Below are positions 11,101-26,100 of a stretch of 64,000 nt of DNA, in pieces. Made by a program: the position numbers and the translations under genes. How positions within the stretch are numbered: the stretch's first letter is position 1; the number at the start of each line of letters is the position of its first letter. This DNA comes from Mobula hypostoma. Lineage: Eukaryota. The notes beneath the pieces are model-generated. The model ran no database searches. It saw nothing but the letters and a program-made list of their open reading frames with translations, and had not been told where the DNA came from. The stretch spans positions 11,656,001 to 11,720,000 of the forward strand of contig NC_086109.1 of assembly GCF_963921235.1 (NCBI RefSeq), given 5' to 3'.

Positions 11101-14100
11101 GGCGGACTGTCACAGAGGTGCTGTCCACTGTCTCTCTGTAGGTATTATCAATCACCTCCTCACTTTCCCTAATTAGCTGAAGGTCATCAAGTTGCAGCTC
11201 CAGATCCCCAACACGGTCCTTAAGGAGCCTCATCTCAATGCACCTGGTGCAGATGTAATCCTTGGGGAGGCTGGGAGTATCCCAGGGTCCCCACAGCTGG
11301 CACTCCAAGCACAACACCTCAATCTGGTAAAACCTGTGGTAAAACCACAGGCATGCAGCCTCATTTCTCAATTACTAGGAATTTTGGGATGATTCCTTTG
11401 TTTACTTTTGTGGCTTTTTGAAGATTTACATAAATATAGCTGTGTTACCTTAATTGTTTAATGCTATTGTATAATGACCAGGGAAGATACCGGTTGTAGA
11501 TATTATTATTGGGAGGATCTATACACTGTACGTGTTCCATAGTCTTTCAATTTCCTCTTTTAATTCAGCATATTTCAGATGTTTTTCACTTACTAATTTC
11601 GGTGTGTTATTTGTGTTTGGAATGGCTATATCTATTAAGTAAGTTGTTCTTGCTTGTTTACCCTGTATTATTATATCCAGACAATTATTATGGATTGTCC
11701 TATCTGTGATAACAGATCAGTTGTAATATATTTTGTGGGACTCTAAAACTGGATCAAATTTGTATTTAAAGTAAGGTTTATTTATAGGCATCCATTAGTC
11801 TCATGAGACCATGGATTTGAGCCTTGGAAGGTTTCCAGGGCGCAGGCCTGGGCAAGGTTATATGGAAGACTGGCAGTTGCCCATGCTACATGTCTGCCCT
11901 CTCCACGCCACCGATGTTGTCCAAGGGAAGGGCACTAGGGCCGATACAGCTTGGCGTTGGTGTCGTCGCAGAGCAATGTGCCTTGCTCAAGGACACAACA
12001 CGCTGCCTCAGCTGAGGCTCGAACTAGTGACTTTTAGATCACTAGACTGACGCCTTAACTACTTGCCCATGCGCCCACTATAGTAAGGTGTAGTTTCTTT
12101 TATGAGTTTGTACTTTAAAGCAGGATTTTGGTGAATGATGTTTGCCTCCTGATTGTGCCTGTGTAAGTAATCAGATGGAGATAAATTGCTGCAGGATCTT
12201 GTAATATGTTGGATTGTTTCTGGTTTCTCTTGGCATTTTCTGCATTTATCGTCTTCAATTTATTGGTTTTATATTTAGTATATTTGAACATTTTTTGTTG
12301 ACCACCTGATCCTGTATTATAACAAGGAACCCTTCTGCTTTTGGGAAGAGGTCTCCAACTCTAAGCCAGTCATTCGACATTTCCTTGTCATCTAGTATGC
12401 TCACATTGTAGGGCTGTCTTGCAGGGAGGGCATCTTTTCTTCTGTACTGATAATTTCTTTATTTTTCTGGGTTGTGCTTTTATTTAAGTTTAGTGGTGTA
12501 TACTTCTTACCAGAATTGCGTATGCTTGCATGGAGTGCTGAATCCTGTTCTCTTTGACTAGAAATGTATACTGGGAAGTTTTATCTAACAGTTGTGCAAA
12601 TGTTTTACGTCTGTTATTCTTCTTCTTCCTTCTGTCCAAGGAACATAGTGTTTTCTAAAACTTGTCATTTCAGTTCTTACTTTTCCTTATAAATTTTCTG
12701 GATTTTGGACCAAAATATTATGCCAAACGAATACATTAATATGGGTAAAGTTAAAGTTATTATTGCCTTTGTTATATTTCTACTGTTGAGCTCTATTTGG
12801 CAGATTTTCTTAAGTCTTGAAGTAAATTCAATTGAAATTTTTCCTCTTATTGATTGATTTTCTTTGCTTGTTGATATCCCAGATAGTAATATGTTTCATA
12901 TTCCTCCATCAGTTTTATTGTATTCTTATGCTCTGATTTCCATTTTGTTATTGCTGATGAAGGAGGATATAATTTCAATTCGTCCACATGTGGAAGAAGT
13001 GTCGAGGTATAATTCATTTGGTTATTTCTGATGAGATACTGAATTTTCATCCGATTTGGTAAATTGGAGAGTGGGGTTAAAGCTAGACAAAACTACAGTG
13101 GGTTTAGAGTCACCCTGGTAGTTGCCTCGGTTTATTTTGATTTTTGGTTGTAAATGGAAGGGTGATTATAATACGCCAGCGCTTCATCAGATGTTTCATA
13201 TGTATTGGGTGTAGTTTATATATATTTTAGGAACTGCTATTAATCATGAATGTGGAACTGAATCAAATGCTTTTTGGTAGTCAACATAACAATAAGAAAT
13301 ATTTCTGCTTTTCCATCAAGCCTGATTTAGAATTACAGAATCTATTATCAGTTGTTCTTTACATCTTTTCATCCCATTATGGCATTCTTTCTGATCTTCT
13401 GTAAGTATATTGTGGTTATCTACTGTAAGTGAGTGGTGATTAATTGCGAGGTACACAATGTTACAATTTTATATATAGTTTGTAAACAATTAATAGGACG
13501 ATATTTTGATGAATCTTTTGTGATATCTCCTTTCGGAAAGAGGTATGTTTTATCTTCTGTCAAAAATTCAGGCCCCTTTTCAGGATTTTTAAGAAAATTG
13601 TTGATCTATATCAATATTATTGTGTTTAATTCTTCACAAGGAAAACTCGAAGCATTTGGCATTTTAATATTGCTGAGAGTATTGAATCTATGCCCTGTGC
13701 CACTCGGCTGTTTTTTGAGAAACCTTTCACCACAACCTACTACTTTCAAACTCAGGCCAGTCTGAATGATCTAAATAATCTCCCATGGATTCGATGGGAC
13801 CTAACCTTCCAGACTAGCCTACCATCTGGGATCTTTTCAAAGGCCTTGTTAAAGTCTAAATAGACATGACCCACTACCTTAACCTCATCCATCTGTTTCA
13901 AAATTCAAAAAACTCTGAATAATTTATCAAGCAGTTTCCATGCACAGAGCCATGCTAACTCTTTTAATCAGGTTGTGTCTATCCAAATGTTGATAGATCC
14001 CGTCCCACAGAATTCCCTTCAGTAACCCCTCTATTTCAGGAAGACCAGCTTTGTATTGCTATATTTTTTGAGAAATGGAACAACCACCTATCTTTGGGAA

Positions 14101-17100
14101 CCTCCACAATGGTAATGACAAAGCAAATATTTCTGCAAGGGTCTCCACAATTTCTCCTCTGCTGTCCGCAAAATCTAAGAAAGCATTTGGTTAGACTCTG
14201 GGCATTTATCCACCCAAATGTGCTGAATGGCTGCAAGTACTTCCGCCCTGATAATATGAATATCCTCCACTTGGTTCCCTTATCCCCTGAGCATAATTGA
14301 CTTTCTCCTCAGTAAACACCAAGGAGAAATAACCATTAAACGTCCCACCCATCTCCTGTGTCCCAAGACATCGTCTTACCCTACTGATCTCTAAGGGGAG
14401 TAGCTCTCCTTAGTTACTCTTTTGTACTTCATATAGATTTAGAAACTCTTGGGATTTTCTTTAACCTTACCTGCTCGGTCCATCTCATACACTCTCTTTG
14501 CCCTCTTAAGAATTCTTAATTTTTTTATAGTTATCATCGATTCACACAATTCCCAGCCTCCTTCCCCAATATATTCTTTCTTCTTTTTCTTGCCAGAGCC
14601 TGTAGGTCCCTCATTAGCCAAGCTACTCTCGGCCTGTCATGTTTATCCTTAACTCTAACAGGAACATCCTACTCCTGGACATGTGATATCACACTCTTGA
14701 AAGCTCCTGCTTGCTATTTGTTCCTTTCCTTCAAAAAAGTTCACCCAATCAACTTTTGTTAAACCTTGCCTAATTCCTCCCAAATGAGCTCTATTCTAGA
14801 TTAACAGCCTAACCTGTCCTATCCTTTTCCATCGTTACCATAAAACAAACACATTTAAGTCCTTCTTACCTGTTTCCATTCTCGGTCAAAGGAGTAGAAC
14901 TGGTTGCAGTGGCTGTCTTTCTCACCTCTGTGAATAAAGTGGATGAAATATCTTATCAGTGAATGTCTAAAAGCCAGTTCTCTCCCACTCCAGAGCTTTG
15001 AACAAGTTGTTTGAGAAAACTAAAAAATTGTTTGACCACATTCTGTTTAAGCCTTCCATCTCCATCCTAACTATACCTATGCAAGTATTTTTTAGATACT
15101 GCTATTGTACCAACTGAATATTTCGATTTGATGAATACAAATGGATCCCCTCAGGTGGTGTTAAACTTGAACTTGATGCGTGAATAATATTAGATGCTGA
15201 AAGAAGCCTAAACCTTCTGGGATACTGGGTATTATCAGACAGAATATCGCAGGTGAAATTTCAAGGGCCTCTTAATAAACATTTCAATAATATAGTACAA
15301 ACGTTTGTACATGCACCAGCAGATGCTAGTAGTGAAGAAGATATAGAAAGTTATTTATGATACCTTGCAAGAAGCAAAGGACCACTGCAAATCACAAAAT
15401 ATCCTTATGATGATAGCGGATATGAATACCAAAGTTAGACAACAATGAAATGGTGATATTGTCAGCACTTTTGGGAACCAGGAATGACAGAGATGAGAGA
15501 TTTTATAGACCTGTGGGCCTGAAGATAGATAAATCCCCTGGTCCTGATGGAATGCATCTCAGGGTACTGAAAGAAATGGCAGAGGTTATAGTAGAGGCTT
15601 TGGTGATAATTTATCAAAATTCTCTGGACTCTGGGCAGGTCCTGGCAGATTGGAAGATGGTGAATGTCACACCGCTGCTCAAAAAAGGATGTAGGCAAAA
15701 AGCAGGTAACTATAGGCCAGTTAGTTTAACATCTGTAGTTGGGAAAATGCTTAAAGCTATCACTAAAGAAGAAATAACGAGACATCTGGAAAGAAATGAA
15801 TCCATCAGGTAGATGTAGCATGGGTTCAGCAAAGGCAGGTCCTGTTTGACAAACTTACTGAGTCCTTTGAGGATATAACAAGTGCAGTGGATAGAGAGAA
15901 ACAGTGGGACATTATTTACTTGGATTTCCAGAAGGCATTCGATAAGGTGCTGCATAAAAGACTATCATTAGATATGAATGCACTGAGTTGAGGGTGATGT
16001 ATTAGCATGGATAGAGGATTGGTTAACTAATAGAAAGCAGAGAGTTGGGATATATGTGTATTACTCTGCTTGGCAATTAGTGATGAGTGGTGTGGTGCAG
16101 GGGTTGGTGCTGACCCCCCTGGTGCTGACCCAAATGTTCATGATATACATTAATAATCTGGAAGAAGGGACCGAGTGTAGTGTATCTAAGTTTGCCGATG
16201 ACACTAAATTGAGTGGAAAACCAAATTATGCAGAAGATATGGAGAGTCTGCAGAGAGATATGGATAGGTTAAGTGAGTGGGCAAGGGTCTGGCAGATGGA
16301 GTACAATGTTGGTAAATGCAAGGCCATCCACTTTGGAAGGAAAAATGGAAGATCAGATTATTTAAATGGTAAAAAATTGTAGCATGCTATTGTGCAGAGG
16401 GAATTGGAAGTGCTTGTGCATGGATCACAAAATGTTGGTTTCCAAGTGCAGCAGGCTATCAAAAAAGGCAAATGGAATGTTGGCCTTCATTGCTAGAGGA
16501 GGGTTGAAGTTAAGAGCAGGGAGTTTATGTTGCAACTGTACAGGGTGCTGGTGAGGCTGCACCTGGAGTACTGTGTGCAGTTCTGGTCTTCTTACTTGGA
16601 GGCGGTGCAGTGGAAGTTCACCTGGTTGATTCCAGAGATGAAGGGGTTAGACAATGAAAAGAGATTGAGTCACCTGGAACTGTACTCACTGGAAATCAGA
16701 AGAATGAGGGGAAATCTTAAGGAAACATATAAAATTATGAAAGGGATAGATGAGATAGAGGCAAGAAAGTTGTTTCCACTGGTAGGTGAGACTAGAACTA
16801 GGAGACACAGCCTCAAGATTTTGGGGAGTAGATTTAGGACAAAGATGAGGAGGAACTGCTTTTCCCAGGGAGTGGTGAATCTGTGGAATTCTCTGCCCAA
16901 TGAAGCAGTAGAGGCTACCTCAGTAAATATATTTAAGACAAGGTTGGATAGATTTTTGCATAGCAGGGGAATTAAGGGTTATGGGGAAAAGGCAGATAGG
17001 TGGTGATCAGTCCATGGCCAGATCAGCCATGATCTTACTGAATGGCAGAGCAGGCTCGACGGGCCAGATAGCCGACTCCTGCTCCTGTTTATTATGTTCT

Positions 17101-20100
17101 TAGGATGGAGCTGGCTGAGTTTACTACTTCTGCAGCTTTTTCGGACCCTGTGCAGTGGCTGCTCTCTGCAAGATGGCAATGCAGTCAATTGGAACACTCT
17201 CCATGGTACGTCTGTAGAAATTCCTAGGAGTCTTTGATGACATACTAAATCTCCTCAAGCTCTTAATGAAATATACCTGCTGTCATGCCTTCTTTGTAAT
17301 TGTATCAATATGTAGGGATCAGGATAGATGTTAACACTCAGGAACTTGAAATTGCTCATCCTTTCCACTTCTGATCCCTCTGAGGACTGGTGTGTGTTCC
17401 CCCACTCACTCTTCCTGAAGTCCACAATCAATTCCTTGGTCTTACTGATGTTCAGTGCTAGGTTGTTGTGTCACCACTCACCCAGCTGATCGCTCACACT
17501 CTTACATGCCTCCTCATCTGATATTTTGGCAACAATAGTTGTGGCATTGATACATTTTTTGACGGGGTTTGAGCTGTGCCTAGTCACACAGTCGTGGGTG
17601 CAGAGGGAGTAACGCCGTGGGTAAAACACATAATCTTGAGTTGTGCTGGTGTTGATTGTCAGTGAGGAAGGGGTGTTATTTCTAATTAACACTGTCTATG
17701 GTTGCCCATTGAAGAAGTCAAGGATCTAGTTGCAGAGGGAGGCACAGAGGCCCAGGTTTTGGGGGTTGTTGATTAATACTGAGAGTATGTTGGTGTTGAA
17801 CACTCTGAAAACATGGCTCTGTAGTTTTTATTTCACCTTCTCTGGAAACAAATAACATTCATTTGCCCTGTCTACTCCCCTCATGATCATATACACCTCT
17901 GTAAGACCACCCCTCATTCTCCAGAATAAGGTCTGAGTCTGGCCTACTTATCCCCAAACTTCTGACTCTTGAGTCCTGGCAACTGTCTCTTAAACGTAGC
18001 AACATCCAAAATGTTGAAGGAATTCTGCAGGTCAGGTCGCATCTATAGAAGGGACTAAACAGTCACATTTCAGGCCACTGGGACTGGAAAGGTAAGGGGG
18101 AAAGCCAGAATAAGGTATGGAGACTGGAAGGAGTATAAGCTGGCAGGTGATAAGTGAAGCCAGGTAAGGGAGAAGATAGGTGGATGGGAGAGGAGGGAAT
18201 GAAGTGAGAAGCTGGGAGGTGATCGGTGGAAAATGTAATGGGCTAGAAAATAAGGAATCTAATTGGAAAGGAGAGAGGACCATGGAAGAAAGAGGAGGAG
18301 GACCAGAGGGCAGTGATGAGAAGAGAAGAGCTAAGGGGGAAGCCAGATTGGGGAATAGAAAAAGAGAGAAGAGGGTGGGAGAAGAAAAAATCCTAACTTA
18401 GAGCAATTGATATTTATGCCCTCAGGTTGGAGGCAATCCAGATGGAAAATAAGGTGTTGCTCCTCTAACCTGAGTGTAACCTCACTATGGCAGTAGAGGA
18501 TGCCATGGAGCAACATGTTGGAATGGGAATGAAGAAGAACAAGTAAGTTGGATGTCCATTGGGAAAAGAATACTCTCATAAATCACCTTTGTCCTCTTTG
18601 CACGGTTTAATGATGCCCTGCCCTTAATAGGGTGACTTAAGCAGTGCTTAATACTCCAATGGTTTCTCACCATCATCATATGATTGCATCATATCACCCC
18701 AAATCCAATCTTCAGTGGCTGATGAAGGCCAATCTTTCAAATGTCATCTTCACCACCATAACTATCTGTGATACTGCTTTTAGCAAACTATGTTTTTGTA
18801 CTCCTATATCTGAACTTTCATCTCGATAAGATGCATTCCTGAATTTTATTTCATTTGTAAGCAATCCCAGCCTTTCTACCATCTACACGTCTATTCATTT
18901 AATTTTTTTTCCTGTTGGTAATTTCACCTTTGTCTTCTTTCTAACCACTGCACCCTTCCTCTTCTCTGCATCATAATTCATAGAAACATAGAAAACCTAC
19001 AGCACAATATAGGCCCTTCAGCCCACAAAGCTGTGCTGAACATGTCCTTACCTTAGAACTACCTAGGCTTACCCATAGCCCTCTATTTTTCTAAGCTCCA
19101 TATGCCTAACCAGGAGTCTCTTAAAAGACCCTATCGTCTCCGCCTCCACACCGCCGCCGGCAGCCCATTCCTTGCACTCAGCACTCTTTTTTAAAAAAAC
19201 TTACCCCTGACATCTCCTCTGTACCTACTTCCAAGCACCTTAAAACTATGCCCTTTCGTGCTAGCCATTTCAGCCCTGGGAAAAAGCCTCCGATTATCCA
19301 CACGATCAATGCCTCTCATTATCTTGTACACCTCTATCAGGTCATGTCTTATCCTCCATCACTCCAAGGAGAAAAGGCCAAGTTCACTCAACCTATTTTC
19401 ATAACGCATGCTCCCCAATCCAGGCAACATCCTTGTAAGTCTCCTCTGCACCCTTTCTATGGTTTCCACGTCCTTCTTATACTGAAGCGACCAGAATTGA
19501 GCACAGTACTCCAAGTGGGGTCTGACCAGGATCCTATATAGCTGCAAGTTACCTCTCGGCTCTGAAACTCAATCTCACAATTGTTGAAGGCCAATGCACC
19601 GTATACCTTCTTAATCACAGAGTCAACCTCCGTAGCAGCTTTTAGTGTCCTATGAACTCGGACCCCAAGGTCCCTCTGATTCTCCACACTGCCAAGAGTC
19701 TTACCATTAATACTATATTCTGCCATCATATTTGACCTACCAAAATGAACCACCTCACACTTATCTGGGTTGAACTCCATCTGCCACTTCTCAGCCCAGT
19801 TTTGAATCCTCCCAATGTCCCGCTGTAACCTCTGATAGCCCTCCACACTATCAACAACACCCCCAACCTTTGTGTTATCATCAAATTTACTAACCCATTC
19901 CTCCACTTCCTCATCCAGGTCATTTATAAAAATCACAAAGAGTCGGGGTCCCAGAACAGATGCCTGAGGCACACCACTGGTCACCAACCTCCATGCAGAA
20001 TATGACCTGTCTACAACCACTCTTTGCCTTCTGTGGGCAAGCCAGTTCTGGATCCACAAAGCAAAGTCCCCTTGGATCCCATGCCTCCTTACCTTCTCAA

Positions 20101-23100
20101 GAAGCCTTGCAATGGGGTACCTTATCCAATGCCTTGCTAAAATCCATATACACTATATCTATGGCTCTACCTTCATCAATGAGTTTAGTCACATCCTCAA
20201 AAAATTCAATCAGGCTTGTAAAGCAGACCTGCCTTTGACAAAGCCATGCTGACTATTCCAAATCATATTATGACTCTCCAAATATTCATAAGTCCTGCCC
20301 CTTAGGATCTTCTTCATCAACTTACCAACCACTGAAGTAAGACTCACTGGTCTTTAATTCGCTGGGCTGTCCCTACTCCCTTTCTTGAATAAGGGAACAA
20401 CATCCGCAACCCTCCAATGCTCTGGAACCTCTCCTGTCCCCATTGATGACGCAAAGATCATCGGCAGATGCTAGTAATCTCCTCCCTCGCTTCCCACAGT
20501 AGCCTGGTTTACATCCCATCCAGTCCCTGTGACTTATCTAACTTGATGCTTTCCAAAAGCTCCAGCACATCCTCTTCCTTAATATCTACATGCTTAAGCT
20601 TTTCAGTCCGCTGTAAGTCATCCTTACAATCGCCAAGATCCTTATCTATAGTGAATACTGAAGTGAAGTATTCATTAAGTATCTCTCCCATCTCCTCCAG
20701 TTCCATACACATTTTCCACTGTCACACTTGATTGGTCCTATTCTCTCACGTCTTATCCTCTTGCTCTTCACATACTTGTAGAATGCCTTGGGGGTTTTCC
20801 TTAATCCTGTCTGCCAAGGCCTTCTCATGGCCCTTTCGGGCTCTCCTAATTTCATTCTTATGGTCCTTCCTGCTAGCCTTATATTCTTCTAGATCTCTAT
20901 CATTACCTAGTTTTTTGAACCTTTCGTAAGCTCTTCTTTTCTTCTGGCATTTCCCCAAAATATTGGAAGTTCAGATTGATGTAAAACATTAAGATCATTT
21001 TCTCCTCATGAATGCTGCCTGACCAGCTGAGTATTTCCCACATGATCCACTTTATGTTGTACTTTCTGTGTGGCTCAGTCCAAGGACCAGATCACCCTTC
21101 TTATCTGGGAATTTATTGCTGGAATTGGCAGAGCTGGACTGAGTTGAAGAAATGTGTGAGAGGTGAGAGTGAGCCTTGGTGGGCAAGGGGACAGGTGTGT
21201 AGCTTGTTACTGTCCTCCTGCTCCAGTCTGAGTTGGTTCAATGTCTGATCTCAGAGCAACTGTCTTTGGGGAAGTGACTAGTCAACAACAGAACAGTTAG
21301 CATCTGGGACCTTCCTGTCAGGTCAGTGTTTGACAGTCTATTCATACCCTTCCAGAAGTCTGGGGCTCTTGGAGTGTCTTCATAGGCTGGGATCCCCAGT
21401 AAATGAGGCTGCTGTCCTTAGTTGCCCCAAGATGAGGCACTGAGTCATGGACAATGTGAGTCGGGGGGGGGGGGGGGGGAGGGTGTTGGGATTCCCAAGG
21501 TGTGATTTTCAAACTTTGGAATAAAAGTGAAACAGTCAACATACCTTCAGAAATCTCCAGGGAAATGGTAAACCTTTTGTTCGGAATCAACATTGCCCTT
21601 TCTATCATGCACTGGTACAACCCTTCATCACTCTTCATTAGATTGTCCACAGTTACTGAAAGAATGCCTTGTGCCTTGTTATCAGTCATCGTTATTCGTC
21701 CTCTTCGTGGCTGGTCAGTTGAAACCACATCAGAACAACCAACGTAAGGATCACCTGTACACCATTTTTTCACGTAATCCTTGTATTCCTGATCATACTG
21801 GCATTCCACGGTGATTGATTGTCCCACTACTCCTCTGACCTTCTCAGGTCCAGTTAATGCAGTTGAGGCTGCAGGCACATTGATGATGAAATATTAAGTA
21901 CACTGCATTAACACAAGGCAATTTCATCAATATAAACTTGTCATTTCTACTGCTCAGAGCTTCAAGTTAACAGTGAAAACAAAATCACTTGGTGTGACAT
22001 TTCCAACCTGCCTGTACGTTGGTTCTTGATTAACACAGAGAGTGAATTCTGGGGAAATAATTCTCACTGTGTTTCAATGAGGGGAGTCACCACCTTTTTC
22101 TCAGGGGCGATTAGGGATGAGTAATGAATGCTGGCCGTGCCACTGATGCCCAGCTCACAATCATAAAATACATTTAAAATTTCTGCCAATGCATTTTCTT
22201 TATTTACTCAGACCATCACAATTAAGAGACAAAGTATTTTTGCTGAGTTTTTAAAAATTTTAACATTGTCCCCGGCTGCCATTCACAGTTTGCCAATTTG
22301 TGATTGGAGCCATTTCTTCTCCTGCAGGTGAATATCCAGGCTGGAAATTCTACGGAGCGACAGTTTCCGTGAATGATTTGCCACTGACACGCTCCCCAAA
22401 AAAATTTGGTCAATCTACGTTGGGTGACCTCCTGTTTGCACAAATGTTGGTTAGGTAGAGCATAGAAAGAACATGGAAACCCTACAGCACAATACAGGCC
22501 CTTCGGCCCACAATGCTGTGCCGAACATGTCCGTACTTTAGAAATTACCGAGGGTTACCTATAGCCCTCTATTTTACTAAGCTCAACGTACCTAACCAAG
22601 AGTCTCTTAAAAGACCCTATCATATTGGAAAGGGTATGGAGGAGATTTACCAGGATGCTGCCTGGTTTAGAGAGTATGCATTATGATCGGAGATTAAAGG
22701 AGCTAGGGCTTTACTCTTTGGAGAGAAGGAGGATGAGAGGAGACAGGATAGAGGTGTACAAGATAATAAGAGGAATAGATAGAGTGGATAGCCAGCGCCT
22801 CTTCCCCAGGGCACCACTGCTCAATACAAGAGGACATGGCTTTAAGGTAAGGGGTGGGAAGTTCAAGGGGGATATTAGAGGAAGGTTTTTTACTCAGTGT
22901 GGTTGGTGCGTGGAATGCACTGCCTGAGTCAGTGGTGGAGGCAGATACACTAGTGAAGTTTAAGAGACTACTAGACAGGTATATGGAGGAATTTAAGGTG
23001 GGGGCTTAAATGGGAGGCAGGGTTTGAGGGTCGGCACAACATTGTGGGCTGAAGGGCCTGTACTGTGCTGTACTATTCTATGTACTCTATGTATATCCAC

Positions 23101-26100
23101 CTCCACCACTGTCACTGGCAGCCCATTCCACACACTCGCCTCTCTCTGCATAAAAAAACTTACCCCTGGCATCTCCTCTGCACCTTAAAACTGTGCCCTC
23201 TTGTGCTAGGCAATTCAACCCTGGGGAAAAAAGCCTCTGACTATCCACAGATTCAATGCCTTTCACCAACTTATACACCTATAAGGGTGTTGGGACCCTT
23301 GTGGTTTGTAGTGGTTGCTGTATCCCTGCTGAAGCCACCGCCCTTATGGCAAACAGTCCAGGGTATCTCTGGGATCTTGCTGTGCACCCATTGCAACTCT
23401 TGAACAGAGTCCCATGGAATTCATGACAGCAACTGCCATTATTCTCAATGGTTCATCTTCATCTCCATCACCCTGTGCATGTTCCAACCTTAGCAGAACT
23501 TCCTGAATTTGCCAGTGTCATTGATAAGAGTACTGCTGAACACTTATAAATAATTCTAAACAGCACATATTGTAAATATAATGATTTACCTGATAAGAGG
23601 CTAACAGAGATGAGAACCATCAGAGCAATAGATCCCGTAGTTATGGGGTGTTTCTGACAGTGGAACTCATGCAACACCAACTCCATTTTTCAGCTGTTTT
23701 ACACCATTTGGGTCTCTGTGTCACGCTTGAGTTGCCCAACTATTTACTTAGTTAGCACAGGAGTAGATCATTTCCTCTTCTGGCATGACACATATATGCC
23801 ATGGTGTAAGAAACATTTGATGACACACTTCCTGACTCGCCAACCAATTAACCACAGACAATGCACCAGTCAGGATAGTGCCGGAATATTTCTCATTCCC
23901 TTGGATTTGTGCAGCTTCAAGAATCCTCCAGAAGCTCGACGTCGTCCAGGAATAGTTTCCTTGCATGGCTGGCTCTTCGTCCGCCATCCCAAACATTCCC
24001 TTCCTGCACCTCAGACCCACTGTGTTTATTTACCCTCCTCACAATGTACAGCACTATCTTGTCCAGACTTCCCCAAATTCTTATCTGAAGCTAACCCTGT
24101 CTTCATGCCTCTGATACCCCTACAGCTGATTATTCTGGCCAGTGCTGTTCAGTGTCCACTGCCCTATCCCCTGCAGTCTTGAGGACATCTGCAGCTCTGC
24201 TGCCTGTGGCCTACCCTGCACTATTGCGTTCCTTCTTCACCCTTAACATTGTAACCTGTGACCGCATTCCTCCACCTCATCTCAGTGCTGACATTTTCCC
24301 CCAAGAAACATTACAACGAAGCATTACAACCAGTCCTTAATCGATTTCAGACTCTCCCAGGGGACCAATGGCTCAGTTCTAAAATTTTTACGCTTATGTT
24401 CAAATCCTTCCTCACCCTCACTCCTTCCTGAGGGTTAACCAGGGGTATTGATGGGAACCTGAGGGCAATTAATGTAAATAGGTGCTTAATGGTTGGGTTG
24501 ACCCAGTGGGCTGATCCTCTGTGATTAAAGATATTAGCTTTATTTGTCACATGTACATCGAAATGTACAGTGAAATGCATCATTTGCAAGAGTGTCTAAC
24601 GCATTCTGAATATGCACTCAGGGCTGCCCACAAGTGTTGCCATGCTTCCATTGCCAATGTAGCATGCCCATAACTTACCAACCCTAACCCATATATCTTG
24701 GGAATGTGGGAGGGAACTGAGGCACACCGAGGAAACCCACACAATCGTGGGGAGGATGTATAAACTCCTTACAGACAGAGGTGGGAATTGAACTCTGATC
24801 ACTGACTGCTGGCACTGCAAAGTCCAAGGTTGAATGTTTAAAGTCAATTTATTATCAAAGTACATATATATGACACCATGTACAACCTGAAGATGCATTT
24901 ACCTCCAGACATTCACAGTATATTCAAAGAAACACAATAGAAACAATGAAAACCTGCACACAGCAAGAAAAACAACCAAACTGTACAAATACAACCATAA
25001 AATAATACAAAATAGTAATAATAAACAAACAAACTCGTAAATAAATACATACATGCATACATATTGAGAACATGGGTTTGGAAGTTCCTTGAAAGTGAGT
25101 CAAGTTGTGGGAACAGTCAGTGTTAGGGTGAATGAAGTTGAGTGAAGTTCTCACCTTGGATCAAGAGACTAAATGCTTCTGAAACTGGTGATGTGGGTCC
25201 TGAGGCTCCTGTACCTCCTTTCTAATAGTAACAGCGAGAAGAGAGCATGGTCTGGAAGGTGGGGTTCTCGATGATGGATTCTGCTTTCCTCCTTGTAAAT
25301 GCGTTCACTGGGGAGGGCTTTATCAGGCCACGATGCGACCAGTCAGTATACTCCCCACTGCACATCTATAGAAGATTATCAAAGTTTTAGGTGACCTACC
25401 GAACCTTCACAAACTTCTGGAAAAAAAGCCGTACACGCGAACTGCTACACTGCCATGCTGTCCAGTATGGTACACCACGCTGCGCGACTACAACTGTAAC
25501 TCAGTGATTTTCTCCTCATCCTGTAACTCGAACCTTTTGTGACATAGCTAGGGAGAATGGGAAGGTAGGGTACTCCCTGCATTGTGTTTTTTAAGGAGAT
25601 GCTGTGGAGACTCATGATCAAATCAGTCCAGGTCCCATCACAAGTCATAGTACAAACCTGTTGAAAGAAATATCAATGACTTGAGCTTCAGAAGGTGGGC
25701 AAAGCAAGATGCAAAGTAGCCTGTGTCACTAGTGAGGCAGTTTATTTCACATGAGAAGTTGAATTGCCTGAATAAAAATTTTACATCAATGTAAAATGTT
25801 GGTTTGACCAGATTTGGAGTGTTGTGTGTAGGTCTGGTTGCCCCATTACTGAAAAGCTAGAGCAGGTGAAGAAAATAATTCACAAGAACATTATCTGGAT
25901 TGGGAGGCTTGAGTTATCAGGAGAAGTAGACTAGGGCTTTTTGCCCTGGAGCAAAGGACTCTGATGGATGGTGTGATTGAGATCTATATAAAAAAAAAAT
26001 ATGAGCAGCATGGTTGGGGTAGACATTGCTGCATTGCGGAGTTGAATTCTGATTTTTCTTGTAGTTTAACTTTCCAATGTTTGCATGTATTTTTATATAA

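Noticed and set aside
12010-12081. tRNA-like sequences here and at ~37025, ~38431 and ~50950
   Set aside because: They lack a complete cloverleaf and run directly into SINE bodies, so they are SINE heads, not tRNA genes.
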